In this document: positions 10,461 to 19,917 of the stretch, in pieces | Position numbering within the stretch: the stretch's first letter is position 1 | Layout of the letters: every line of letters starts with the position of its first letter | From: Candidatus Latescibacterota bacterium | Lineage (GTDB): Bacteria; Latescibacterota; UBA2968; GCA-2709665 | NCBI GenBank assembly: GCA_965219455.1 | Contig: OZ244744.1 | Span: 3,680,001-3,744,000 of the forward strand | Direction of reading: 5' to 3' | DNA: 64,000 nucleotides | Position numbers and translations under genes: made by a program | The notes under the pieces: model-generated | Database searches by the model: none | What the model was told of the DNA's origin: nothing | What the model saw: only the letters and a program-made list of their open reading frames with translations

Positions 10461-10515
10461 CGGCGAAGCAGGCCGACCGGCCGAGTTCTCTGCCTGGCCT
10501 GGTTCGGCAGGCAGG
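10448..10515. repeat. CCTGCC...GGCAGG palindromic REP-like elements
   Basis: cctgcctgtctgacggcgaagcagg and ctgcctggcctggttcggcaggcagg; the first contains the protease stop codon; related to 16722-16763. Confidence 0.55.
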
Positions 10516-10761
10516 TTCTTGGCGGGCAGGAGTGAGGCCTTCCGCGGTAAATTCCAACTCCGAATTGTCGCCGACTCGAACCTATGAATTCGCCTCAAGT
10601 TGGTCTTGACGATGGGGTCCACTTCCGGGGCCTTGTTCATGCACGTGCGACGCCGTCCTCCTTTCTCCTCTCCAAAGGACGATTGTACAACTGCAAGACG
10701 CCCCTCAAATCTGCCATTGGTGCCCAGTGAAAAGTTATCAGTACTGCCATAATATTAAAAG

Positions 10762-10827
10762 TTTCATAGAGTTATGAAATATATCCTGTTCCGTTGCGCT
10801 TGACATAGGTTTACCGGATCCTATATT
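10762..10827 (+). promoter_or_regulatory. Sigma70-type promoter with an upstream palindromic operator
   Basis: TTTCATA-gagt-TATGAAA perfect inverted repeat at 10762-10779; TTGACA at 10800-10805, 16-nt spacer, TATATT at 10822-10827; AT-rich patch upstream of the DegT gene. Confidence 0.7.
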
Positions 10828-10940
10828 GAAAAAGGCGCCTGAATGCGGTGGGACACCGTTGCAGCGCGGAAATTCGACAGTTCAGAAAGGAGGCAGGGCG
10901 CATTTTTCTTCCGCCGGAAGGGGGGCCTGCGCCCGATTCT

Positions 10941-12092
10941 ATGGAAATTCGAGACGTGCCCTTCGGGTCGATGGGAGGGGTTTACGAGCAGGACGACGTC
11001 GAGGCGGTCAGCCGGCTGCTCGCGGATATCGCTGAGGAGAACGGGACGTTTTTCCCGCTTCCCGAAGAGAACGATTTTCAGAATGCGTTCGCCGCGCACG
11101 AGGGCGCCCGAAAAGCGATTGCCGTCAATTCCTGCGGTACGGGCCTGGACTGCTGCATGATGGCGCTGGGCATCGGTGAGGGAGACGAGGTGATCACGAC
11201 CCCTCTCACCTTTGTCTGCACGGCCGGGACCGCAATTGCCAGGGGCGCCAGGGTCGTCCTTGCCGATATCGATCCTGTGAGTCTGAATCTGGACCCACAG
11301 AAGGCAAGAGAAAAAATTACGGAGCGCACCCGTGCGATCATTCCGGTGCACTTCGCCGGACTCGCCTGCGACGCCGACGCATTTGACCGGATTTCGGTGG
11401 AAACGGGCGTGCCGGTAATTTACGATGCGGCGCATGCGGTGGGCACCAGGTTCCGGGGCAGCCCGGTTGGCGGCCGGGGAAGGGCCTCGTGTTACAGTTT
11501 TCAAAGCAACAAGAACATGACGTGTCTCGGCGAGGGCGGCGCCGTGACAACGGATGACGAGGAATTCGCGGAGCAGGTCCGGCAGTTGAAGACATTCGGA
11601 TACGTATATGGAGGAAACGGGACACGGGTGGTGCGGGTCGGGTTCAACTACCGGATGACCAAACCCCAATATGCGGTCGGACTCACCCAGTTGGCCAAAA
11701 TAGACCGTGTGATTCAGGATCGACGGCAACGGATGCTCCGTCTCAACGCGCTGCTGGCCGACGTGGAGGAGGTTATCCTTCCCGCCGGTCACGGCCCCGA
11801 TCACGGAAGCCATCTGCACGTGATTCGGCTGGACGCCGATGCGGCGGGGTTCGCCACGGAAGCGTTCGTCGTCCACCTGAAAGATCGATACCGGGTGGCC
11901 ACGGCAAAGCACTATCCGCCGCTGTGGTCCTGGGATGCCCTTCAGGAACTGGGGTACAACGGAGACGGATGTCCGATCGCGGCCAGGGCATGCGAACAGG
12001 TTGTGAGTACGCCGGTGTTCCCGGGGACGACCGGGGAAGAACTGGTTTATATTGCGTGGGCGATCAAGCAGACGATATCGGAACTGCGCTAG
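10941..12092 (+). CDS. DegT/DnrJ/EryC1/StrS family PLP-dependent aminotransferase
   Basis: AVNSCGTGL, GDEVITTPLTF, IIPVHFAG, IYDAAHAVG, YSFQSNKNMTCLGEGG (PLP lysine), GFNYRM; start ATG 10941 inferred. Confidence 0.93.
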   Translation: MEIRDVPFGSMGGVYEQDDVEAVSRLLADIAEENGTFFPLPEENDFQNAFAAHEGARKAIAVNSCGTGLDCCMMALGIGEGDEVITTPLTFVCTAGTAIARGARVVLADIDPVSLNLDPQKAREKITERTRAIIPVHFAGLACDADAFDRISVETGVPVIYDAAHAVGTRFRGSPVGGRGRASCYSFQSNKNMTCLGEGGAVTTDDEEFAEQVRQLKTFGYVYGGNGTRVVRVGFNYRMTKPQYAVGLTQLAKIDRVIQDRRQRMLRLNALLADVEEVILPAGHGPDHGSHLHVIRLDADAAGFATEAFVVHLKDRYRVATAKHYPPLWSWDALQELGYNGDGCPIAARACEQVVSTPVFPGTTGEELVYIAWAIKQTISELR

Positions 12093-12180
12093 CGGGAAGA
12101 TCCAAACAGAACGCAACGGGGGGCCCGCGTGGCGGTAAGGGGATTTCCGGGGCGCCTTGAAATGACGCTCAGGAGGGAAG

Positions 12181-13176
12181 ATGGCTAACGTGAAATGGCT
12201 CCTGGTCGGCGCCGGGGATATCGCCCGAAAGCGGGTGGCCTCGGCCCTGGCAGGCGCCACGGATTCGGAATTGGTGGCGGTCTGCGACATGGTCGAGGAG
12301 AATGCCCGGGCGTTGGCGACCGAATACCACCTGACCGAGGTTTTCTCCGATCTGGACGAGGCGCTGGAGAAGACATCGGCGGACGCGGTCTACGTGGCGA
12401 CGCCCGTGTGGCTGCACGTGCAACATGCGGTTCAGGCCATGGATGCGGATAAGCACGTGCTGGTGGAAAAGCCCCTGGGCGTGACCGGCCAGGAATGTGT
12501 ACGAGCTATTGCAGCGGCCGAGAGAAGTACAAGGGTGGCCGGATGTTCCTATTTTCGGCGGCTTTTCCCCGCCTACCGCCAGGCGCAGGAGATGATTCGG
12601 AACGGCGAATTCGGCCAGGTCGTTCTTGTGCGTATCGTCTACTTTTCCTGGTTCAGCCCGGCCGCGGACGATCCCAAACGCTGGCGTGTCTTCCGCGAGA
12701 GGTCAGGAGGCGGCCCCATCAGTGATATGGGCACGCATATGTTCGACGTGATGATCGGGCTTTTGGGGATGCCGGTGTCCGTGTACGCCAAATGTGAAAA
12801 CCTCGTGCAGAAGTGGGACGTGGAGGACTGCGCGGGTATCGTGATGAAGCTGGGCAGCGGGGCGTTGGCCACGGCGTCGTTCAGCTGGAGTTCAAAAACC
12901 TGGCGGCATGAGTTTGAGATCGTGGGGACCGAGGCCAAGGTATTCTGGCATCCTTACGATTCCGGCGAGGTGGTCAAGACCGTCGGCCGGCAGGTCGATA
13001 CGCTGGACCTGACGCCCGCCGGCAACGTCCACGGTCCGGTCGTCCAGGATTTCGTTGCGGCCGTGCGGGAGGGACGCCAGCCCGTCTGTCCGCTTGAGGA
13101 AGCTGCAAAGACCAATGCGCTGCTGGATGCGATCTATCAGTCCGCCGCGGAGAATCGGGAGGTTGTGTTGGCTTGA
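12181..13176 (+). CDS. Gfo/Idh/MocA family oxidoreductase
   Basis: VGAGDIA, VYVATP..LH, KHVLVEKP, SGGGPISDMGTH; SD aggagg. Confidence 0.93.
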   Translation: MANVKWLLVGAGDIARKRVASALAGATDSELVAVCDMVEENARALATEYHLTEVFSDLDEALEKTSADAVYVATPVWLHVQHAVQAMDADKHVLVEKPLGVTGQECVRAIAAAERSTRVAGCSYFRRLFPAYRQAQEMIRNGEFGQVVLVRIVYFSWFSPAADDPKRWRVFRERSGGGPISDMGTHMFDVMIGLLGMPVSVYAKCENLVQKWDVEDCAGIVMKLGSGALATASFSWSSKTWRHEFEIVGTEAKVFWHPYDSGEVVKTVGRQVDTLDLTPAGNVHGPVVQDFVAAVREGRQPVCPLEEAAKTNALLDAIYQSAAENREVVLA

Positions 13177-13362
13177 GGACGTTTTAATTTATTCCCTCCC
13201 CTCTCCGTGCCGGGGTCGGCGGGACCGCGGGGAGGGGTCGCGCCCTACCCTTGACACTATATCATTAGTACGAATCCCTGAACAAATGGCATGATTGAAC
13301 TTGAATCCGTTTCGCGCAGAAACAGTACTGTAAGACTCTGAACCCATATCCTCTTCACCGCC

Positions 13363-15195
13363 ATGTCCTTGAAAGAGCACATGAAATCGATCCTTGTCGT
13401 CAAGCCGGATGACAACCTCGAGCACGATTTCGCGCCGGAGATCCTCAAGGCTGAAGGTCTGTTTCATTTCGAGGTCCTCACACAGAACGAGGTGGCGCCG
13501 TCTCGCCTGAAGAATGCGGCCGTGGTGTTGACGCTTCGGGGGGCGTTTGGAAAGCGCGCGGCCGGAATCCTTATCGACTACCTGCGAGAAGGCGGGCGGC
13601 TGCTTGCGGTGATGCCGGGCGGAGACCTGGCGGCCAGGCTGGGTGTGGAGCGCCGGGTTGTGGTGTCGACCCAGAAAGTGGATCCCAACAAAGCGGCCGC
13701 CGCGGGGTCCCTGGTAGATGAGCCGGAGGTCGTAACGGATGGACGCGTGGTAGTCCATGCGGCTGCCGGACTCACGGAACCGCCAGAGCCGTTGTACTGC
13801 CCGCAAGACACGGCGCGCGGTATCAGTTGCCGGGGCGAAGAACTGGCCGCGCTGATCGATGACCTGGGCAAGCGCAGCGGCCCGGCCATTGTCCGAAAGC
13901 GCGTCGCACTGGGCCGGGCGTGTGTGTTGGCCTACGACGTCGTGGGCGCGGTCCTGCGGCTGAGGCACGGCACATGGGCGTTGGAGCAGCAGGCGCAGAT
14001 GCTGCCATTGCGAGGCCCGAGGCATATCTTCGGGCTGATCGGGATCGCCGAGCGGCACTCGCGGCAGCACCCGCTGGCCGATATTCACCAGGACCTTTTT
14101 CGGGAGTTGTTGCTGGACCTGCACGACGGCGGCATTGTGCCACGCGTCTGGCACATGCCCGACGCGCGGCGAGTGGCGGTGTTTTTCAAGTCGGACGGGT
14201 GCGGGGAGGAGGGCGCTCCGGTGGGGATGGAACTGGCGGAGCACTACGGGCACAAGCACAATTTCTTCCGGGCGCCCGTGAGCCGGTACGAAGGGAAGCT
14301 GATACGGGAGTGGCAGGATCGGGGCCACTTCATGTCGATCGAGGTGGATATCTTTCCGCTCACGTACAACCGCCTCCTGAAAGAACTGGACGAAGGGGTG
14401 CACGAACGCATGCGCCAGGAGATGGAGGCGCAGGCGAGGCGGTTTACCGATGAAACGGGACTCGCGGTGACCGATATCGTGATCCACGGTTGCCAGTGGA
14501 CGGGGGCCCGGACCGCTTCGATTCTGGTGGACCACGGCTGGCGGATGCCGTTTCATTTCTGCGGGCACGATCCGCGGATGAACCGGTACGACTTCGGTCC
14601 GTTCTCGCTGGCATCGGCCATGCCAATGCGTTATTTCGACCCGGAGGCGGGGCTGCTGGACCTGTTTCTGCAGCCCTGCACGTTCGACGATTCGCAGAGC
14701 ATTACCGAGCCTGGCGTCGGCACGCTGGGGCTCAGCCAGGTAGAGTACGCGGAAGCGGCTGTCCGTTGGGTCGTGGAGTCCCGCGACCGCTGGCACGTGC
14801 CTCAACTCGGAACGTTCCACCCATGTTATCTGATCCGGCCCAAAGGGGATCCGCGCCGCACGTTCGAGGCGGCCAATATTGTATACGCATCGCTGGCGGC
14901 GATGGGCATCGAAACCGGCAGCCTGCAGGAGTGGTCCCGCTTCGTACAGGCGCGAGACGCGTTGGAGGTTGAACTGCTGAGTTCCGGGCCGGAACGGACG
15001 GTTGCCAGGCTCAGGGCCGTTGAGCCGATCGAAGGGTTGACGATGATCGCCGAAGGACCCGGGGAGGTCACGCGCGTGCTTCTGGACGGCCGCGAACAGT
15101 CCCTCAAGACGCTTGAAGTGGAGGGGCGACGATGTTCCGCCGTCGTGTTGTCCCTGAACCGGAACCAGGAAGCGGAACTGGCGTTTCTGGCTTGA
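13363..15195 (+). CDS. Hypothetical protein with a GATase-like N-terminus and a degenerate polysaccharide-deacetylase-like barrel
   Basis: Long ORF with host-like codon usage; DYLREGGRLL, PRVWHMPD..RVAVFFKSDG, HGCQWTG, GTFHP; same layout as 38523-40271. Confidence 0.6.
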   Translation: MSLKEHMKSILVVKPDDNLEHDFAPEILKAEGLFHFEVLTQNEVAPSRLKNAAVVLTLRGAFGKRAAGILIDYLREGGRLLAVMPGGDLAARLGVERRVVVSTQKVDPNKAAAAGSLVDEPEVVTDGRVVVHAAAGLTEPPEPLYCPQDTARGISCRGEELAALIDDLGKRSGPAIVRKRVALGRACVLAYDVVGAVLRLRHGTWALEQQAQMLPLRGPRHIFGLIGIAERHSRQHPLADIHQDLFRELLLDLHDGGIVPRVWHMPDARRVAVFFKSDGCGEEGAPVGMELAEHYGHKHNFFRAPVSRYEGKLIREWQDRGHFMSIEVDIFPLTYNRLLKELDEGVHERMRQEMEAQARRFTDETGLAVTDIVIHGCQWTGARTASILVDHGWRMPFHFCGHDPRMNRYDFGPFSLASAMPMRYFDPEAGLLDLFLQPCTFDDSQSITEPGVGTLGLSQVEYAEAAVRWVVESRDRWHVPQLGTFHPCYLIRPKGDPRRTFEAANIVYASLAAMGIETGSLQEWSRFVQARDALEVELLSSGPERTVARLRAVEPIEGLTMIAEGPGEVTRVLLDGREQSLKTLEVEGRRCSAVVLSLNRNQEAELAFLA

Positions 15196-15251
15196 TAGGG
15201 GCGACCCGCGGGTTCGGCCCGAGCGTGGGAATTAACGTCTGAGAGAATCCA

Positions 15252-16334
15252 GTGGGATTTGCCGCATTCCAACATCATCGGTGGATCATGGCGGCGGCGG
15301 ATTTCCTCGTCGCGCATCAGACGGATCGGGGAGACTTCCGGCCCCCCGGTTCGCGGGCGGGTTACAACGAGATTTACGACGCAAAGGGGATGTTCACGGT
15401 TCTTCAGGCTGCGTTCATGGTCAGAAGGAACCAGACGCTACTTGCCAGATACCTTGCGTGCGTGGATCGTCGCCTCGCTCTGTTCGGGCGGTGCCAGTTG
15501 CCGGATGGGTCACTGCCGCTGCAATGTATGGGAGACAGGAGGTCTGTTTTCACGACCGGCGTCGTGGCCGCGGTGGTGAAGATTTTCGGCGAATTGGCGG
15601 ATCCGGGTCCGCATCGGGCGACGGCGGAGCGGTGCCTGGACTATATGGTTGGTGTGTTCACCCCCCAAAACGGCTTTCGGGACGAGTCAAACGCAACCAA
15701 ATTAAGCGGGCACGATGTGTATCCGCTCTATGCGCTTCACCTCTGGGCCGAGGAGCGGACCGACGCAAGCGCCCTTGTCGGCCCGGCGACGGAGTACGTG
15801 GTGGACGGGCAGGTCTGGAACGAGGACGAGCGATTCTGGAAGGCTGGCTTCGAGGTGAGCAAGGGGGTCGATCTGCAGACAGTACCGCATCCCACGCTGG
15901 ATCTGGATATGATGTGGGTGCTATTTGAGACTCGCGGAACCCGGTACGCGGATCGGATACGATCTTCCATCGAGGGCAACCGTAGGTATTTCAAGGTGAT
16001 CGAGGCCTACTATACCGAGAACGGAATCCGGTACGCCGATGTCCGTGCGCGAACCTCCATGGCGGGGATTATGGCGCTGTATGACCATCATACCGGTTCC
16101 AAAGCGTATACGAATACCGCTGAATTCAGGACCCATCTGGACTGGACGGCGGGGATGTTCGACGAGCGGAGCGGCGGGTTCAGAGAACGGGAGAACCTGA
16201 TTACCGGTGAAAAGGCGTATTTGGGCGTCCCCGCGCAGTATCTGAGTCAATATCTGTTTTCCTGCGGTGTGCTTAACCGGGACGTACCGGAATCAGTTCT
16301 GGATCACTATGCCAGTGTTCTGTCCCGGAAATAG
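15252..16334 (+). CDS. Hypothetical protein, possibly an (alpha/alpha) toroid fold
   Basis: 360-aa ORF in operon orientation; AAADFLVAHQTDRGDF, CQLPDGSL and FDERSGGF helical-barrel-type turns. Confidence 0.6.
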   Translation: MGFAAFQHHRWIMAAADFLVAHQTDRGDFRPPGSRAGYNEIYDAKGMFTVLQAAFMVRRNQTLLARYLACVDRRLALFGRCQLPDGSLPLQCMGDRRSVFTTGVVAAVVKIFGELADPGPHRATAERCLDYMVGVFTPQNGFRDESNATKLSGHDVYPLYALHLWAEERTDASALVGPATEYVVDGQVWNEDERFWKAGFEVSKGVDLQTVPHPTLDLDMMWVLFETRGTRYADRIRSSIEGNRRYFKVIEAYYTENGIRYADVRARTSMAGIMALYDHHTGSKAYTNTAEFRTHLDWTAGMFDERSGGFRERENLITGEKAYLGVPAQYLSQYLFSCGVLNRDVPESVLDHYASVLSRK

Positions 16335-16370
16335 GTTGCCTGAATTCGGCCGACCAGAAGCAGAAAAAAA

Positions 16371-16612
16371 AGCTATCAGCTTTCAGCCGTCAGCTTGAAT
16401 CAAAAACCAATCAGTTGACGTCAGCGCAGTAACCTCTCCGCCCGGCCCCCTCTCCTAAAGGAAAGGGGGAGAAAAAACGCGCGATGGCTCGTCAAGACAA
16501 TTCACTTGGACATTTTAACTCATCGAGATGTCTTCAACCAATGAGAGTTCCCCCTTCCTTCAGGAAGGGTGGTAGGTCTCGTCCCAACAAGCGCACGGTC
16601 GTAGGGATGGGG
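16371..16612. repeat. Third copy of the composite heptamer/REP repeat plus a facing partner hairpin
   Basis: agctatcagctttcagccgtcagct, aatcagttgacgtc and cctctccgcccggccccctctcctaaaggaaaggggg (16433-16469) match 127-253; ccccttcc-ttca-ggaaggg at about 16551. Confidence 0.8.
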
Positions 16613-16721
16613 GTTTTTCCGTGTTATCCCGTCCAGCATCATTCGTATTGGTACATCCAAAGGGCTCGTAGGGCAGCTAATTGCCATTGTGCCCGTGAGG
16701 TAATTCACGGAAAAACCGGCC

Positions 16722-16763
16722 CCGCCTGCCTGTGCGTGCTGTCTCACGCACGCAGACAGGCGG
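16722..16763. repeat. REP-like hairpin
   Basis: ccgcctgcctgtgcgtg-ctgtct-cacgcacgcagacaggcgg imperfect palindrome. Confidence 0.65.
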
Positions 16764-16810
16764 ATGAATGGTGACATATTTTCGGGACGGGACACCATGA
16801 AGGAGGAACG

Positions 16811-18055
16811 ATGAAGTTCGCACCCCGGCCGGAGAATGACTTTGCGGATTATATCCGGACGTACTACGAAGCGTGCCGTTACCACTGTGACAAGATCGAG
16901 GCGATCGCCGGCAAGTGGATGTTCCGTGACCTGCTGCCCGGCATGAGCGATTTCGACACGCGGTTCATCGTAAACGACAGTATGACGGTGGACGACTGGT
17001 GCCAATTGTCCACGGTGATGGGGCAGACGCACCTGAGGCTCTGTGAGCAATACCCATGCTGGGCGCGCAACTTCGAACACCTTCCGGGGGTAAATCTGAC
17101 CTGGTCGGAACTGACGTCGGAGCGGAACTACTATCCGGAATACCATCAGTGGACGTATTATCTCACCGAAGATCAGAATAGATTGGGCGCGGCCCTGGAC
17201 ACGCTTGCGCGGAGGCGGTGGGATGAAAAGGACGAGTACTTTCATCTGAAAAAGTTCTGCCTGTATTACGGGCGCTACAACCGCACGATCGATCCGGCGA
17301 TCAATTTGGGCGTTCACGAAAACAAGTACCCGCTGCACAGCCGGATTATGCATTATTTCAATCCGCCGGTCCATTCGGCCGTCTGCATTCTGGAGAAGCG
17401 GAATATCTGCGGAAAGCTGGATGCATACGAAATCGCCGAGCGGCATTTTCCGGAGCTGCGCTGCTGGGACCTGATCAGGGAGATTCTGCACGCGCAATAC
17501 GAGATTCCGAAGTGGTACGAGGAGCCCCACCTGACGCAACTGGAGGATGTGCTGGAAGAGGCGTTGGGTGCCATACTCGCCCGGTTGAGGGATGCGGTAA
17601 CCCTGATTTCCGGGGAGGCGGGCACGGATATGGGCGCATGGAAGGCGGCGCTTCAGGAGGTGCCGGTGGATCCGGCGCTGGTGATTTTCGACAATGCCAA
17701 GTTTTCACGCCTGATGAAGGGCCGCCTCCACTTTTACGGACACGCGCCGGCCCATTTCGATACCACGTGGCTGATTCAGAACGAACTGGGGCGGATCGGC
17801 AACAGTTTCTTCCGTATGCCCTTCCGCACGTTCTGGAAGATCAGGACCGGGGAGACGGTTGAGGATCCCGTGACGATCCTGGAGGAACTGAAGGGAGACC
17901 CGTTATCTCCGTCGGAGGTGGAGGGCACAAAGGCGTTTGCCCGATTGACGCCGGATGCATGGGAAGAGGGTAAGGAGCACGAGATCGCCGCAGCCATTGT
18001 GGAGGTATTTGACGAATTTTTCAGTGCGTTGAACAAGATCAGCGAGGCCGTATAA
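16811..18055 (+). CDS. Hypothetical protein with a Pol-beta-type nucleotidyltransferase motif
   Basis: IAGKWMFRDLLPGMSDFDTRFIV fits G-x(n)-SDxD; strong SD aaggagg; C-terminal region probably helical. Confidence 0.7.
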   Translation: MKFAPRPENDFADYIRTYYEACRYHCDKIEAIAGKWMFRDLLPGMSDFDTRFIVNDSMTVDDWCQLSTVMGQTHLRLCEQYPCWARNFEHLPGVNLTWSELTSERNYYPEYHQWTYYLTEDQNRLGAALDTLARRRWDEKDEYFHLKKFCLYYGRYNRTIDPAINLGVHENKYPLHSRIMHYFNPPVHSAVCILEKRNICGKLDAYEIAERHFPELRCWDLIREILHAQYEIPKWYEEPHLTQLEDVLEEALGAILARLRDAVTLISGEAGTDMGAWKAALQEVPVDPALVIFDNAKFSRLMKGRLHFYGHAPAHFDTTWLIQNELGRIGNSFFRMPFRTFWKIRTGETVEDPVTILEELKGDPLSPSEVEGTKAFARLTPDAWEEGKEHEIAAAIVEVFDEFFSALNKISEAV

Positions 18056-18117
18056 GCGCGATAAGTATGTGGCACGACGTCGTTGAAACGCTAACTTGAA
18101 CATGAAAGGAGAATCAG

Positions 18118-19260
18118 ATGCAGGTCAAGGCGCTCAGGTTACAGGACGTGGACTACGGCGGCCAATGGGACGAGGAGATCGAGGATCGCTGGGAATATAA
18201 CGATTTCCGGGCCGATTCGGCCTGGCGCGAGGGCTGGATCAGCATGGACAGTGTGTATCACAACGCGGATGACGACCGCGTTTACCTGGGAATTACTTCT
18301 TTCAATGCCGACATATTCCGCGCCTACGATCGCGCGACCGGCGAGTTCGTGGATCTGGGGTACGCAAAAGTCGCCAATCCGTTCGACGCCAAGTTTCACA
18401 GGTCGCTGGTCAGGTGGGAGAAAGACGGTTGTCTGTACGGCGCAATCGCGCTCCTGCACGATATCGATCGGTACTGGGAGGCGCCCGGCGGAGCGATAGT
18501 AAAATACGATCCTGCTACAGGCGAACTCCAGAAGATCGGGGTTCCCATGCCGCATATGTACATCCAGTCCATCTGCCTGGACCAGGAACGCGGCGCGATC
18601 TACGGAATGACGTTTACGCCCGAGCGGATGTTCCGTTTCAACCTCGTTGACGGGCGATCGGACGACCTGGGGCCGATCAGCAGCGGAATGGAAATGGCCC
18701 AGGGCGAGAACGTCGAACTGGACGACGAAGGATGCGTCTGGTGCGGCTGGAGCGTGACGCGGGCGTGGCAGAATTTCGCAGGCGTGGACCGCAACCGGCT
18801 TTGCAAGTTCAACCCTGAAACCGACAGAATCGAGTATTACGACGCGGGTCTCCCCAAACCGGACGGCGCCTACGGGTATGAGAGGGTGGAGGGCATCTTC
18901 AATCTGGGAGAAGGCCGTATGTTCGCCAGCGGCGCCAACGGGTCGATTTACCGGATCGATACGGAGACCGGGGCGGGCACGTATCTCGGCACGCCCGTTG
19001 CGGACCGGCGCAGCAGGCTCACAACGCTGCAGCCCGGCCCCGACGGGGCCGCCTACGGGGTGACCGGACGGGACGGAAAGTGCGAGGTGATCCGATTCGA
19101 CGCGGATGCGGAATCATGGGATCTGCTGGGACCGGTATCCGACGGAGACGCTCACTGCTGGCAGGTCCACGACGTGGCCGTCACACCCGACGGGACAATC
19201 TACGCCGGGGAGAACGACAGCCCCTACCGCAGCGGATATCTGTGGGAGATCAAGATCTGA
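18118..19260 (+). CDS. Cytoplasmic beta-propeller protein
   Basis: Blade-like repeats DGCLYG, KYDPATGE, RIDTETG, GPDGAAYG, TPDGTIYAGE; SD aaaggaga; no signal peptide. Confidence 0.8.
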   Translation: MQVKALRLQDVDYGGQWDEEIEDRWEYNDFRADSAWREGWISMDSVYHNADDDRVYLGITSFNADIFRAYDRATGEFVDLGYAKVANPFDAKFHRSLVRWEKDGCLYGAIALLHDIDRYWEAPGGAIVKYDPATGELQKIGVPMPHMYIQSICLDQERGAIYGMTFTPERMFRFNLVDGRSDDLGPISSGMEMAQGENVELDDEGCVWCGWSVTRAWQNFAGVDRNRLCKFNPETDRIEYYDAGLPKPDGAYGYERVEGIFNLGEGRMFASGANGSIYRIDTETGAGTYLGTPVADRRSRLTTLQPGPDGAAYGVTGRDGKCEVIRFDADAESWDLLGPVSDGDAHCWQVHDVAVTPDGTIYAGENDSPYRSGYLWEIKI

Positions 19261-19280
19261 CCCGAACAGCCGTCCAGAGA

Positions 19281-19421
19281 ATGTATATCGAAGACGGCGG
19301 GTGGACACAACGCCAGGCTGCAAGTTTTTTAGAGTTCCAGCCACGCATCGGTAAATCAACGAAACGAAAAATCGGTCGTTTTTGCGTGGAAAGACTGATC
19401 GATAAGTTGACGCGTACGGGG
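19281..19421 (+). pseudogene. XRE/HigA-like HTH antitoxin remnant (C-terminal part)
   Basis: YIEDGGWTQRQAASFL...QPRIG...KIGRFCVERLIDKLTRTG resembles the HTH_37 pattern; no N-terminus. Confidence 0.65.
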
Positions 19422-19481
19422 GATGCAGGTCTATATTTGCTTCGAGGCATGAGTAGCGAAAGCCTATGGGAGACGAAACTG

Positions 19482-19733
19482 ATGAACGAATCGACAATCC
19501 GGCTTCATATTGAGCCATTGGACGACGGTGGTTTTCTGGCCACGAGTCCCGATGTCCCGGGCCTGGTTTCGGAAGGACGCAGCGTCACCGAGGCCGCGGA
19601 GATTGCACAAGGTCTCGTGCGCAAAATCGCCGAGTCGTGCATAGAACACGGCGATCCGCTTCCCAGTGCATTGGCAACGCTTGCGGATGGCAACGCGTCC
19701 ACTGAATTACTGGTACCCGTAAGTGTGCCGTAA
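19482..19733 (+). CDS. hicB: HicB family antitoxin
   Basis: IEPLDDGGFLATSPDVPGLVSEGRSVTEAAEIA...IEHGDPLP; TAATG overlap with hicA. Confidence 0.88.
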   Translation: MNESTIRLHIEPLDDGGFLATSPDVPGLVSEGRSVTEAAEIAQGLVRKIAESCIEHGDPLPSALATLADGNASTELLVPVSVP

Positions 19734-19903
19734 TGGGACGGCTTTCCGGGTTCAAATACCGAGACGTTGTCAAACGCCTGCGTTATTTCGGCTTTGTGTT
19801 CGATCGCCCGGGTCCCGGCAGTCACGAAGTCTGGCGTCATACTCGGACTGGTCGCTCACGTGCGCAAGATGAGTATATTACTGACCCGCGTCCCTTTTCT
19901 TAG
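19733..19903 (+). pseudogene. hicA: HicA family toxin, C-terminally truncated
   Basis: Manual translation (below the ORF-track cutoff): MGRLSGFKYRDVVKRLRYFGFVFDRPGPGSHEVWRHTRTGR; GSH catalytic motif present, but the VPxH...GTLRAIL tail is replaced by unrelated sequence. Confidence 0.8.
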
Positions 19904-19917
19904 CTTGGGGGGAATCC

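Noticed and set aside
10350-10640. Divergent GntR-like regulator
   Set aside because: The resemblance (LPAKNLPAEPG) comes largely from translating CCTGCC/GGCAGG repeats, and the ORF overlaps the protease 3' end
13251-13280. Sigma70 promoter at TTGACA upstream of 13363
   Set aside because: No convincing -10 hexamer at 16-18 nt spacing
19080-19733. A single 217-aa HTH-HicB fusion protein
   Set aside because: The start lies inside the propeller gene and the HTH part is degenerate; HicB has its own plausible start at 19482
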